Positions 45,355 to 55,288 are shown, numbered from the stretch's first letter. The stretch: 64,000 bases of DNA from an uncultured Alphaproteobacteria bacterium (GCA_963791375.1 CAWBSI010000028.1:102058-166057); one strand, 5' to 3'. Numbers and translations are program-made. Notes: generated by a model not told the origin, from the letters alone.

Positions 45355-46274
45355 ACGCGCCCGCCTACAACTTCGCCTATCTGGACGAGCAGACCAAGCG
45401 GATGATCCGCCGCGCCATCCTCAAGGCGATCGCCATCCCCGGATACCAGGTGCCGTTCGCCAGCCGCGAAATGCCGATGCCCCAGGGCTGGGGCACCGGC
45501 GGCGTGCAGGTCACCGCCGCCATTCTCGGGCCGCACGACGTGCTCAAGGTGATCGACCAGGGGTCCGACGACACCACCAATGCGGTGTCGATCCGCAAAT
45601 TCTTCGTCAAGACGGCGGGCGTGAAGACGACGACCTCGACCCCGGAGGCGACCGTCATCCAGACGCGCCACCGCATCCCGGAGCTGCCGCTCACCGACAA
45701 GCAGGTGCTGGTGTTCCAGGTACCGATCCCGGAGCCCCTGCGGTTTCTCGAGCCGCGTGAAACCGAGACCCGGCGCATGCATGCGCTGGAGGAATACGGG
45801 CTCATGCATGTGAAGCTCTACGAAGACATCAGCCGCCATGGCCAGATCTCGACGAGCTACGCCTACCCCGTGAAGGTCGACGGCCGCTACGTGATGGACC
45901 CGTCCCCGACGCCGAAATTCGACAATCCCAAGATGAACGATTGCGCGGCGCTGCAATTGTTCGGGGCCGGGCGCGAAAAGCGCATTTACGCGATCCCGCC
46001 CTACACCCAGGTGGTGTCGCTCGATTTCGAGGACCACCCGTTCGAGCCCCGATGGTCCCCCGGCACCTGCGCGCTGTGCGGGGAAACCGAGAGCTTCCTC
46101 GACGAGATCATCACCGACGACCGCGGCGGGCGGATGTTCGTGTGCTCCGATACCGACCATTGCGAGACAAGGCGCGCGGATGCGCGTGCCGTGCCGGAGC
46201 CGGCGTCGCATGCCACCGTCGTTGCTGGGCAGTCCAACTCCCTCCCCTTGAAAGGGGGAGGGAGAAAGCAATGA
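45351..46274 (+). CDS. phnJ: C-P lyase catalytic radical-SAM subunit PhnJ
   Basis: YNFAYLDEQTKRMIRRAILKAIAIPGYQVPFASREMPMPQGWGTGG... and the Cys cluster CALCGE...FVCSDTDHC. The last 13 or so codons (SNSLPLKGGGRKQ) run through a REP half-element. Confidence 0.9.
   Translation: MNAPAYNFAYLDEQTKRMIRRAILKAIAIPGYQVPFASREMPMPQGWGTGGVQVTAAILGPHDVLKVIDQGSDDTTNAVSIRKFFVKTAGVKTTTSTPEATVIQTRHRIPELPLTDKQVLVFQVPIPEPLRFLEPRETETRRMHALEEYGLMHVKLYEDISRHGQISTSYAYPVKVDGRYVMDPSPTPKFDNPKMNDCAALQLFGAGREKRIYAIPPYTQVVSLDFEDHPFEPRWSPGTCALCGETESFLDEIITDDRGGRMFVCSDTDHCETRRADARAVPEPASHATVVAGQSNSLPLKGGGRKQ
46238..46264. repeat. REP family-1 half element (hairpin CTCCCTCCCCTTGAAAGGGGGAGGGAG) inside the 3' end of phnJ
   Basis: A perfect 11-bp stem with a 5-nt loop (TTGAA), read directly from the sequence. 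It matches the arm sequence of the 34346-34461 element. Confidence 0.75.
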
Positions 46275-46284
46275 CGGCGCGGCG

Positions 46285-47073
46285 ATGAGCGATCTCGAGA
46301 ACGATATGCCGCTGCTGCAGGCCGAAGGGCTGTCCAAGTGGTACGGGCGCCAGCTCGCCTGTCGCGATGTCTCGTTCGATCTTTATCCCGGCGAGGTGAT
46401 GGCGGTGGTCGGCGAATCCGGCTCGGGCAAGACCACCCTGCTGCAGCTGTTGTCGGCGCAGCTCGTCCCTTCGGCCGGGCGCGTGTGCTACCGCCTGCGC
46501 GACGGCGTGATCCATGATCTCGCCACGCTCGGCGAAGCGCAGCGGCGATTTCTGTTCCGGACCGACTGGGGATATGTGCACCAGGACCCCGCGCTCGGCC
46601 TGCGCATGGCGGTCTCTGCCGGCGCCAATGTGGGCGAACGGCTTATGGCAGTCGGCTGGCGGCATTACGGACGCATCCGCGGCGCGGCGCAGGACTGGCT
46701 CGACCGCGTCGAGATCGCCCGCGCGCGGATCGACGACCCGCCCGCGACCTATTCCGGCGGCATGCGCCAGCGCCTGCAGATCGCGCGCAACCTTGTCACC
46801 AATCCGCGCCTCGTGTTCATGGACGAGCCGACCGGCGGCCTCGACGTCTCCGTGCAGGCGCGCCTGCTCGATCTCATTCGCGGCCTCGTCGCCGAACTCG
46901 GCCTCGCCGCGGTCATCGTCACCCACGATCTCGCTGTCGCACGGCTGTTGTCCCATCGCATCATGGTGATGAAGAACGGCGAGGTGATCGAATCCGGCCT
47001 CACCGACCAGGTGCTGGACGATCCCCGCGAGCCCTATACGCAGTTGCTCGTGTCTTCCATTCTGCCGGCATGA
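46285..47073 (+). CDS. phnK: C-P lyase system ATP-binding protein PhnK
   Basis: It has Walker A (GESGSGKTT), signature (YSGGMRQR) and Walker B (VFMDEPTGGLD), and sits after phnJ. Confidence 0.9.
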   Translation: MSDLENDMPLLQAEGLSKWYGRQLACRDVSFDLYPGEVMAVVGESGSGKTTLLQLLSAQLVPSAGRVCYRLRDGVIHDLATLGEAQRRFLFRTDWGYVHQDPALGLRMAVSAGANVGERLMAVGWRHYGRIRGAAQDWLDRVEIARARIDDPPATYSGGMRQRLQIARNLVTNPRLVFMDEPTGGLDVSVQARLLDLIRGLVAELGLAAVIVTHDLAVARLLSHRIMVMKNGEVIESGLTDQVLDDPREPYTQLLVSSILPA

Positions 47074-47780
47074 GGCAAAAGATGTCCGCAGTCATCGACC
47101 TCGTCGAAGTCAGGAAGTCCTTCACCATGCATCTGCAGGGCGGATTGCATCTGCCGGTGGTCGCGGGCGTGAGCTTTGCGGCACGCGCCGGCGAATGCGT
47201 CGCACTGGCCGGGCCGTCCGGCGTCGGAAAGTCGTCGATCCTCAAGATGATCTTCGGCAATTACCGCTGCGACGGCGGCCACATCCTGCTGCGCAACAGG
47301 GACGGGATCACCGATATCGCCACCGCGCCGCCGCGCGCGATCATCGCGTTGCGCCGCCATGCCATGGGCTATGTCAGCCAGTTCCTGCGGGCGGTACCGC
47401 GGGTTGCGGCCCTCGATGTCGTCGCCGAGCCGCTGGTGATCGCAGGTCACCCGCGCGAAGAGGCGCGTGCGCGCGCCGGCCAGTTGCTGCGCCGCCTCAA
47501 CATTCCGGAACGGCTGTGGCCGCTGCCGCCGGCGACCTTTTCCGGCGGCGAGCAGCAGCGGGTCAATATCGCGCGGGGGTTCCTGGCCGAGATGCCGCTC
47601 CTCCTGCTCGACGAACCCACCGCTTCGCTCGATGCCGTGAACGGCGCGGCCGTGACCGCGCTCATCGCCGAGAAGAAACGCCAGGGCGTCGCCATCGTGG
47701 CGATCGTCCATGACCAAGAGGTCCGCGACGCCGTAGCCGACCGCCTCATCGATATCTCGCAATTTGCCGCGGCAGCGTGA
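47070..47780 (+). CDS. phnL: C-P lyase system ATP-binding protein PhnL
   Basis: It has Walker A (GPSGVGKSS), FSGGEQQRVNIARG and LLLDEPTASLD. The ATGA overlaps the phnK stop. Confidence 0.9.
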   Translation: MRQKMSAVIDLVEVRKSFTMHLQGGLHLPVVAGVSFAARAGECVALAGPSGVGKSSILKMIFGNYRCDGGHILLRNRDGITDIATAPPRAIIALRRHAMGYVSQFLRAVPRVAALDVVAEPLVIAGHPREEARARAGQLLRRLNIPERLWPLPPATFSGGEQQRVNIARGFLAEMPLLLLDEPTASLDAVNGAAVTALIAEKKRQGVAIVAIVHDQEVRDAVADRLIDISQFAAAA

Positions 47781-48943
47781 ACATGGATCGCGATCAGCCC
47801 CCTGCCCTCGCCCTCGCCAATGCCCGCTTGGTACTCGCCGACGAGGTGATCGAGGCCGGCTGGCTCGTCGCCGAGAACGGCGTGATTTCCGATTTCGGCC
47901 GCGGCGCGCCGCCGGCCAAGGCCGAAGACATGGGCGGCGACCTCGTCATTCCCGGCCTGGTGGAACTGCACACCGACCACATCGAAGCCCATTACATGCC
48001 GCGGCCCAAGGTGCATTGGGACCCTTTATCGGCGGTCGTGTCCTATGACGCGCAGCTCGCGACCTGCGGGATCACCACCGTGCTCGACTCGCTTCGCGTG
48101 TGGCGCGAGGAAGGCGCCGACGACGTCAGCGGCGAAGCCGCCCTGCTTGCCGAGGCCATCACCACCGCGCGCGACGCCGACATGCTGCGGATCACGCACT
48201 ACCTGCATCTGCGTTGCGAGGTGCCGATGCCGAAGGTGGTCGAGGAGGCGAGCGAGCTGATCGGGCGGAACGACGTGCGCCTCGTCTCGCTGATGGATCA
48301 CACGCCGGGCCAGCGCCAGTTCCGCGACGAGCAGAAACTGCGCGACTATTATCGCGGCAAGTCCGGCCGCCTTACCGATGCCGAGCTCGATATCATGTTC
48401 GAGAAGCGGCGCGAGCACGCCCGGCTCCATGCCGCCCCGAACTATCGCGACCTCGTGGAGATGGCCCGCGCGCGCGGCATTCCGCTGGCGAGCCATGACG
48501 ACACCACCGCGGACCACGTCGCCCAGTCGATCGAGGACCGCGTCGCCATCGCCGAGTTCCCAACCACCGTTGAAGCGGCGCAGACGCTCCATGCGGGCGG
48601 CGTGCGGGTGCTGATGGGTGCGCCCAATCTGGTTCGCGGCGGCTCCCATTCCGGCAACGTCGCGACCGCGGAGCTGGCACGCGCGGGCGTGCTCGACGTG
48701 CTGTCGTCGGACTACGTGCCGGCGAGCCTCCTGATGGCGGCGCTCTACCTGCCGCAGGCGGTCCCGGCGATCTCGCTGCCGGCGGCGGTGCGAACCGTCA
48801 GCAAGACCGCGGCCGAGGCCGTCGGCCTCAGCGATCGCGGCGAGATCGCGGCCGGCAAGCGGGCCGATCTCGTCCGCGTCCATGTCGCGAAGGGGATCCC
48901 GGTCGTCCGCTCGGTCTGGCGCGCCGGGCGGCGCGTCGCCTGA
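47777..48943 (+). CDS. phnM: alpha-D-ribose 1-methylphosphonate 5-triphosphate diphosphatase PhnM
   Basis: LVIPGLVELHTDHIEAHYMPRPKVHW...SLMDHTPGQRQF...ASHDDTTADHV...GAPNLVRGGSHSGN...LSSDYVPASL. The start is GTG 47777 (GTGA overlap) or ATG 47783. Confidence 0.9.
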   Translation: MNMDRDQPPALALANARLVLADEVIEAGWLVAENGVISDFGRGAPPAKAEDMGGDLVIPGLVELHTDHIEAHYMPRPKVHWDPLSAVVSYDAQLATCGITTVLDSLRVWREEGADDVSGEAALLAEAITTARDADMLRITHYLHLRCEVPMPKVVEEASELIGRNDVRLVSLMDHTPGQRQFRDEQKLRDYYRGKSGRLTDAELDIMFEKRREHARLHAAPNYRDLVEMARARGIPLASHDDTTADHVAQSIEDRVAIAEFPTTVEAAQTLHAGGVRVLMGAPNLVRGGSHSGNVATAELARAGVLDVLSSDYVPASLLMAALYLPQAVPAISLPAAVRTVSKTAAEAVGLSDRGEIAAGKRADLVRVHVAKGIPVVRSVWRAGRRVA

Positions 48944-49518
48944 TGCCGACCGGCGCCGGCACGGGTCTGATCGGGCCGGGCCGGCTGGTCGTCGTCGTCG
49001 GTCCCAGCGGCGCCGGCAAAGACACGCTCATCGCCGGCGCCCGGACGCGGCTGGCCGGCGACCCCATGATCGTATTTCCCCTCCGCATCGTCACCCGGAC
49101 GGCCTCGGCGGCGGAGGACCACCGGAACATTTCCGATCGAGACTTCGCGACTGCCGCTGAAGAAGGCGCCTTCGCCTTCTGGTGGGAGGCCCACGGCTTG
49201 AAATACGCCCTGCCCTCCGGGATCGATGACGACATCCGCGCCGGCCGCACCGTGGTGTGCAACGTCTCGCGCGGCATCGTCTCGACGTTGCGCCGCCGCT
49301 ATGCCCGACTGGGCGTCGTGCTCGTAACCGCGCCGGCCGAGGTCCTCGCGACCCGCCTTGCCGCGCGCGGCCGCGCCAGCGACGGAAATATTGCGCAGCG
49401 CATCGCCCGCATGGCGCCGCCGGACGCCGAGCTTTCGCCCGACCATGTGATCCAAAATGTCGGCGATCTCGAACCGGTCACGGCGAACTTGGTGGCGGCG
49501 ATCATCGGCCCGCCGTAG
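48943..49518 (+). CDS. phnN: ribose 1,5-bisphosphate phosphokinase PhnN
   Basis: It has the P-loop VVVGPSGAGKDTL and ...WEAHGLKYALP...VVCNVSRG..., with TGATG coupling to phnM. Confidence 0.85.
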   Translation: MPTGAGTGLIGPGRLVVVVGPSGAGKDTLIAGARTRLAGDPMIVFPLRIVTRTASAAEDHRNISDRDFATAAEEGAFAFWWEAHGLKYALPSGIDDDIRAGRTVVCNVSRGIVSTLRRRYARLGVVLVTAPAEVLATRLAARGRASDGNIAQRIARMAPPDAELSPDHVIQNVGDLEPVTANLVAAIIGPP

Positions 49519-49858
49519 AACATTCCGCCTGCCACAGAGGTTAGGGCACGGTTAATCAGGGTGAAAAGTGCGACCTAGACACCACAAACCCAGCCATTCG
49601 GCCTCCAGCGGCTCAGAAAAACCGGCGACGCACTGATCTCTGCTTGTAAATCGCGCAGGATTACGCCATATACGCCGTGTTCGGACGATCGACCCTCGAG
49701 TCGGTCCCAGTGGCCGCGTGCACGATTCCTGCAGACGGTTTCGGCCATATCCGCTCACTCGATGGCAGCCCAGAACACGCGGGATGTCCTGATCTCCGCG
49801 ATTTGCGCCTCCGGCCGTGATCGGCTTGCGGCTGATTCGCCAATTGGAAAGTCACACA

Positions 49859-51232
49859 TTGAACTCTTTTGATGGTTTCGGCCTCGCCGAGCCGATTTCT
49901 CGCGCTCTTGTCCAAGAGAACTACGTCACCCCCACCCCGATCCAGGCACAGACGGTGCCGCTCGTCCTCGAAGGCCGCGATGTCATCGGCATCGCCCAGA
50001 CCGGAACCGGCAAGACCGCCGCCTTCGCTCTGCCGATCCTGCATCGGCTCGCCAACAGCCGGACGCCGCTCGAACGCAAGACCTGCCGGGTCCTGGTTCT
50101 GAGCCCGACCCGGGAACTCTCCAGCCAGATTCTGGACAGCTTCAACACCTATGGCCGCCACCTCGGCCTCAGCGCCACGCTCGCCATCGGCGGCGTGCCG
50201 ATGGGCAAGCAGGTGCGTGCACTGATGAACGGCGTCGACGTGCTGGTGGCCACTCCCGGTCGCCTGCTCGATCTCGTCAACAGCAATGCGCTGCGGCTCA
50301 CCAAGGTCGAAGTCCTCGTCCTCGACGAGGCCGACCGGATGCTCGACATGGGCTTCATCCATGACATCCGCCGGATCGTCGCCAAGATGCCGGCGCAGCG
50401 GCAGACCCTGCTGTTCTCCGCCACCATGCCCCAGGCGATCGCCGAACTGGCGGGGCAGATGCTGCGCAATCCGGCCAGGGTTGCCGTGACGCCGGTAGCT
50501 TCCACCGCCGAGCGGGTCATACAGCGCGTCGTCCATGTGGAGCGCGCCAGCAAGGCCTTGATCCTCGCCGAGATCCTGCGCGAGGAGGCGATGGAACGCG
50601 CCCTCGTCTTCACCCGCACCAAGCACGGCGCCGACAAGCTCGTGCGTACCCTCGCCAAGGCGCGGATCACGGCGGAGGCGATCCACGGCAATAAGTCCCA
50701 GCCGCAGCGCGAGCGCGTGCTCGCCGCCTTTCGGCAGGGCCAGATTCGCATTCTGGTCGCCACCGACATCGCCGCCCGCGGCATCGATGTCGACGGCATT
50801 TCCCATGTGGTGAACTACGACCTGCCCAACGAGCCGGAGAGCTACGTCCACCGCATCGGCCGCACCGCGCGCGCCGGGGCGACCGGCGTCGCGATCTCGC
50901 TGTGCGACCACGACGAAGTGCCGTATCTGCGGTCCATCGAGAAACTCATCCGCATGGGCCTGCCGGCGACCGACCGGCGCTCCAGCCCGGGGCGCGATCT
51001 CGCTCCGCCTGCAGCAGGTCCGGAGCGGCGAAACGACGGGCCCGCGCCGCGACCACCAACAGCGCGGCCGCCGCGGTGTACCGCAACATACGCGCTCCGC
51101 GAACAATCACGGCGCGCCGGCAAAGCCTGCCCATTCCAGGCCGGCCCATGGCAAACCCGCCCATTCCAGGCCAGCCCACAAGGGCGCCCACGAAGGGCCT
51201 GCAAATTCGAACCCGGCTCATGTAAAACATGA
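49859..51232 (+). CDS. DEAD-box ATP-dependent RNA helicase (RhlE-like); C-terminal tail frame doubtful
   Basis: It has the Q motif (FGLAEPISRALVQENYVTPTPIQ) and the motifs AQTGTGKT, PTRELS, DEAD, SAT and HRIGRTARAG. The tentative TTG start at 49859 is in frame with the track GTG at 49817. See the finding on the tail. Confidence 0.85.
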   Translation: MNSFDGFGLAEPISRALVQENYVTPTPIQAQTVPLVLEGRDVIGIAQTGTGKTAAFALPILHRLANSRTPLERKTCRVLVLSPTRELSSQILDSFNTYGRHLGLSATLAIGGVPMGKQVRALMNGVDVLVATPGRLLDLVNSNALRLTKVEVLVLDEADRMLDMGFIHDIRRIVAKMPAQRQTLLFSATMPQAIAELAGQMLRNPARVAVTPVASTAERVIQRVVHVERASKALILAEILREEAMERALVFTRTKHGADKLVRTLAKARITAEAIHGNKSQPQRERVLAAFRQGQIRILVATDIAARGIDVDGISHVVNYDLPNEPESYVHRIGRTARAGATGVAISLCDHDEVPYLRSIEKLIRMGLPATDRRSSPGRDLAPPAAGPERRNDGPAPRPPTARPPRCTATYALREQSRRAGKACPFQAGPWQTRPFQASPQGRPRRACKFEPGSCKT

Positions 51233-51328
51233 GCCCAAGGAACTGAGCGGCGTCGCTTTCCTGCATCGCAGTTCGGAGCCGCGTCGCAATTCTCAAAATC
51301 GTCCGCAGCGCTGACCGGAGCACAATGC

Positions 51329-51604
51329 ATGGCGAAAGAAGAGCTGATCGAATTCGAGGGTCTCGTTACTGAAATCCTGCCGGACACCCGCTATCGGGTC
51401 AAACTCGATACCGGGCACGAGATCATCGCCTACACGGCCGGCAAGATGAAGAAGAACCGCATCAAGACACTGGCGGGAGACCGCGTGATCGTCGAGATGT
51501 CGCCCTATGATCTCGAAAAAGGTCGGATCATCTTTCGCCACAAGGACGAGCGGGCCTCTACGAGCCCCCGTCCGCCCGTGCGCCAGCAGTTCCGCCGGCG
51601 CTAA
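51329..51604 (+). CDS. infA: translation initiation factor IF-1
   Basis: [73 protein letters not shown], plus a short basic C-terminal extension. Confidence 0.95.
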   Translation: MAKEELIEFEGLVTEILPDTRYRVKLDTGHEIIAYTAGKMKKNRIKTLAGDRVIVEMSPYDLEKGRIIFRHKDERASTSPRPPVRQQFRRR

Positions 51605-51628
51605 AGGCAGATCGGCAGGAAGCGCCGT

Positions 51629-52315
51629 TCAGCGCCGCGGCGCGCCCGGCGCCGACCCCTGCTGGCGGACGCGATCGAGCATCCGCTCGAAGCTCGCCAC
51701 CAGCTTTTCCTCGATATCGGGCCGGCGCTCCAGCCGGCTCAACAGCATCCCCGCCGCCTCGATGGTCGACAGGCCGTCGCGGCGGGGTTCGCGCCGCAGC
51801 TTGCCGTAGCGCGACGGCCGCCGCGGGCCGAGGACCACCCGCCGGCATTTGAGCATCCACGGGTTGCGCCACCACAACGCCTTGGCCTGGCTCCAGGTGC
51901 CGTCCAGCAGCACGATGCCCTCGATGTCGCGCATCAGACTATCCTGATTGGGCTCGAGCTCGCCCTTGCGATTGACGAAGACGATCTCGCGGTCGGGCGC
52001 GAGGCTCGCCGCCTTCACCGAGCCGAGATAGAGAATCGCCCAGCGATGCGGGTCGGCGGTGCGGCCGAGGATCTTGCTGAGACTAGGCCACGACAGGCCG
52101 ATCTTCATCACGGCGTCGCGGAAATGCAGCGACGTCATCCGCGCGGTGCCGAGCAAGCGGTCCTGCTCCTGCGGATGCTGGAGGATCAGGACCGACACCT
52201 TGTTCTCGATCGGCACGATGCCGTCGCACACGCACAGCGCCATCGGCTTGTGGCACTGCGGACAGTCCGCCGCGGACTCGGCCGCTTCACTTTCGCTGGG
52301 CTGTGCGGGCAACAC
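51629..52315 (-). CDS. DTW-domain protein (tRNA-uridine aminocarboxypropyltransferase family)
   Basis: An N-terminal Cys cluster (CPQCHKPMALCVCD) and the DTW motif in LLDGTWSQAKALW. The start is GTG 52315. Confidence 0.8.
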   Translation of the reverse strand: MLPAQPSESEAAESAADCPQCHKPMALCVCDGIVPIENKVSVLILQHPQEQDRLLGTARMTSLHFRDAVMKIGLSWPSLSKILGRTADPHRWAILYLGSVKAASLAPDREIVFVNRKGELEPNQDSLMRDIEGIVLLDGTWSQAKALWWRNPWMLKCRRVVLGPRRPSRYGKLRREPRRDGLSTIEAAGMLLSRLERRPDIEEKLVASFERMLDRVRQQGSAPGAPRR

Positions 52316-52317
52316 TG

Positions 52318-53337
52318 CTATTTGACCTCGACCAGTTCGATCGCCTCGCGGCTGGGCCCCTCGATCATCGCTGCGCGGGTATCGCCGAGCTTATAGGGCT
52401 CTTCGAGGAACTTGATGCCCTCGCCCCTGAGCTTCGCTACCCACGCATCGAGATCGGCGACGCTGAGCGCGATGTGGTCGTAGAGCTGTCCGCGGCTGCT
52501 CGCCAGCGGCTTGTCGCCCTGGTTCGCATACCAGGTGAGCGCGACGTCGCCGAAGGTCACCGCAGCCGAGGGAACTCTGAACATCCCCTGCTGCTCGAGC
52601 GCCGGCCAGGTGCGATCGGGGCTGCGCGCCACCTTGCAATCGGCCTCGGTGCGCGCCGGGCCCGGCACCCGGCTCGCCACCAAGGTGCCGCCGAGGTGCT
52701 TCTGATACCAGAACTGCGCGCAGAACGGATCTTCCTGGTAGAGGTGCACATGGTTGAAGCGCTCGGCCGGCATGTTTCCCTGATATTCCACGATGGCATT
52801 GTCGGGACCCTGCATATAGGCAAATCCCGCCCCGCCCGCCGGCTCGACGCCCTTGGCCTTGGCGTCGGCGATCTGTGCCTTGGTGAGGCCGAGCACGCCG
52901 CCGGTGCCGGGCCAGGTGTCGCTGGACACGAAGACAGCGCCGCCTTCCTCGGTCGTATAGAGCGGCAGCAACTTCACGTTGGGACGGCTCTTGTAGGTTG
53001 CGAGGTTCTTGCGCACGTCGGTGACATGCCAGCCGAAATGCCACAGCGCCGACTGCGGCTCGATCGTCGGAGGGTTCGCGACCTTGTTGAACAGCACCAG
53101 AACATTGTTGGGGGATTTCAGCGCCGGAAGGCCGCCCCAGCTGGTCTTGGCCGTGCTCGGAAACTGCTCGGTGTAGAAGGCGAGCGCCGCCTCCGGGTCG
53201 ACGGAGTTGAGATGGATGTGATGAAAGCCGGGCGCCTGCATTCTCGTCTGTCCCATGGCAGGCCCGTGCGCGCCCCACGAAAAAATCGTCGCCAGAGCGA
53301 CGGCCGCCATCGATGCCATTGATGTCCTTGGGCTCAT
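52318..53337 (-). CDS. secreted VOC (glyoxalase/bleomycin-resistance/extradiol dioxygenase) family protein, tandem VOC modules
   Basis: A signal peptide (MASMAAVALATIFSWGAHGPAMG) and repeated FHHIHLNS / FNHVHLYQ / YDHIALSV modules typical of paired VOC domains. Confidence 0.65.
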   Translation of the reverse strand: MSPRTSMASMAAVALATIFSWGAHGPAMGQTRMQAPGFHHIHLNSVDPEAALAFYTEQFPSTAKTSWGGLPALKSPNNVLVLFNKVANPPTIEPQSALWHFGWHVTDVRKNLATYKSRPNVKLLPLYTTEEGGAVFVSSDTWPGTGGVLGLTKAQIADAKAKGVEPAGGAGFAYMQGPDNAIVEYQGNMPAERFNHVHLYQEDPFCAQFWYQKHLGGTLVASRVPGPARTEADCKVARSPDRTWPALEQQGMFRVPSAAVTFGDVALTWYANQGDKPLASSRGQLYDHIALSVADLDAWVAKLRGEGIKFLEEPYKLGDTRAAMIEGPSREAIELVEVK

Positions 53338-53869
53338 AGCACCCTCCCCCCGCGATTATCAAACCCGATCCCCGCGCGGTCGTCCGCGAGGCGATCGTTC
53401 GCCCATCCATAGCACGACTGCAGACAACCCCGATCCCGGCCCGTTCGCGACGGCCGGGCGCCCACTTCCGGTCGTGCTGCGGGCGTGCCATTCGAGGGAC
53501 GCAGACCGCGAGCGCGCGACCGGGTTCGGTCATGAATTTCTGCGAGATCGCCGGCAAAAGTGGGCGTCCGCCCTCTTGGCACCGATCACGTAAAGGTGAT
53601 AAGCCTTCCCCGCTTTCGGGCAACGGACTTGCAGCGGTCCGTCAATCAAAAAATTTCGAACAGCTGTGAGGGAGGGGCGGCATCGATGAGATGGCACCTG
53701 GGTCAGTCACGTTTCGGCAGCGCGCGGATGGCGCGCGGACCCGTGGTCGCCATTGCTCCGAAGCCACGTTCGACCAGCACTGGACCAGGCACCGCGCTCG
53801 CGGGCCGAACTCAAGCCACACGCGGCACGATCAGCCGCGGCTTTCGTCGTTTCCGGTAAGGGGTGTTAC

Positions 53870-55288
53870 ATGCATCTGATCCCGCAGTCTTGGTCGCACC
53901 TGCACATCCTGGTGAGCGTGTTCCCCTCGTGTGGACTCATGTTCGTGCTCGGTTTCTACATCGCCGGACTCGTCACCGACAATGACGGACTGAAACGAAC
54001 CTCTCTCGCCCTGTTCGGCGTCCTCGCCCTGCTGGCCATTCCGACTTACCTCAGCGGCGCTCGTTCCATGGCGGCGCTCGCGGATGCGTCCAGCGTCTCC
54101 AAGGATTCCTTGAATACACATTATTATCTGGGCCTGGTCGGGCTCGCCGGCCTCGTGATCGCCGGCGCCGCCGCATGGTACGAGCTGTGGCGGACCTGGG
54201 GCGAGAAGCAGCTCTCCAGCCAGACGATGAACGTGGTGCTGGGCCTGGCCATCGTTACGCTCTGCCTGATGGTCGTCGTCGACGAGTTCGGCTGGGAGGT
54301 CAATCACTACGAACTGCACCTGCCGCCGAAGGAAGGCCCGTACATGGCTCCGGGGACGACGCCGGAGACGTGGTCGCACGTCCACATGGTCCTGAACCAC
54401 TTCCCGACGGTCGGGTTCGTGTTTGCGCTCACTTTCTATCTGATCGCGCTCGCCTTGAACAATGACGTCATGAAGCGGGCCGGCCTTGTCGTCTTCGTGA
54501 TCGGTGCGGTGCTGGGCGTGCCGACTTACGTCACCGGCGCCGCTTCGATGTGGGCGTTGACCGATCCGCCAATTCCCGGCGTATCCAAGGCCCTCATCAA
54601 CGAGCATCGCGACATGGCGTTGCTGACGCTGTTCGGCCTCGCGTTCACCGGCGGCGCCGCATGGATCGAGCTGTGGAGGTATCGGCACCTCGGACGCTTT
54701 TCAAAGCTGTCGCTTTATCTGGTCCTCGTGTTTGCGCTCATCACTCTCGCGATCATGGCCGAAACCGGACACCGCGGCGGGCAGATCAATCACCCCGAGA
54801 TCCGATTGCCGACGGACATCCTGCCGACCGACGACAAAGCCGGCTGGACCCCCGCCATTGAGTTGCTGATCAACAACGTGATCTGGTTCGTGCCTTGGCA
54901 AACCGTGCACTTCTTCGGCTTCTCGATGATATTCGGCACGGTGCTCTTCGTCGTGCTGCGGGTGTTGGGAGTGGGTAAGTCGATCCCGTTCTCGGCGGTA
55001 CACCGGGTACTCCCGCTGGGATTCTTCGGTGTGATCATGAATGTCTTCAGCGGGATGCTGATGCTGCTCGCCGATTCATTCCGCTATCTGAACGAGACTA
55101 CTTTCGCGCCGAAGATCGCGTTCATCGCGATCGGCGCGATAGCGATCCTGTATTTCTCGCTGTCCGACCAGGTCTGGAAGGTCAAGGCAGGGGAGGATGC
55201 GCCGGCAGGCGCCAAGGCGGTCGCCGTCCTGGTTCTGGTGGCGTGGGTCGGGGTGATCCTCGGCGGCCGGCTCCTGCCCTATGTGTAA
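53870..55288 (+). CDS. uncharacterised polytopic membrane protein, three modules (A-A'-C) with an internal duplication
   Basis: 472 aa from ATG 53870 (SD AAGGGG). Module A (SWSHLHILVSVFPSCGLMFVLGFYIAGLVTDNDGLKRTSL...PTYLSGARSMAAL) repeats as A' (TWSHVHMVLNHFPTVGFVFALTFYLIALALNNDVMKRAGL...PTYVTGAASMWAL). The C-terminal 4-TM module is paralogous to CDS 55465-55947. The H-x-H..FP motif resembles DUF2231 (from memory). Confidence 0.7.
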   Translation: MHLIPQSWSHLHILVSVFPSCGLMFVLGFYIAGLVTDNDGLKRTSLALFGVLALLAIPTYLSGARSMAALADASSVSKDSLNTHYYLGLVGLAGLVIAGAAAWYELWRTWGEKQLSSQTMNVVLGLAIVTLCLMVVVDEFGWEVNHYELHLPPKEGPYMAPGTTPETWSHVHMVLNHFPTVGFVFALTFYLIALALNNDVMKRAGLVVFVIGAVLGVPTYVTGAASMWALTDPPIPGVSKALINEHRDMALLTLFGLAFTGGAAWIELWRYRHLGRFSKLSLYLVLVFALITLAIMAETGHRGGQINHPEIRLPTDILPTDDKAGWTPAIELLINNVIWFVPWQTVHFFGFSMIFGTVLFVVLRVLGVGKSIPFSAVHRVLPLGFFGVIMNVFSGMLMLLADSFRYLNETTFAPKIAFIAIGAIAILYFSLSDQVWKVKAGEDAPAGAKAVAVLVLVAWVGVILGGRLLPYV

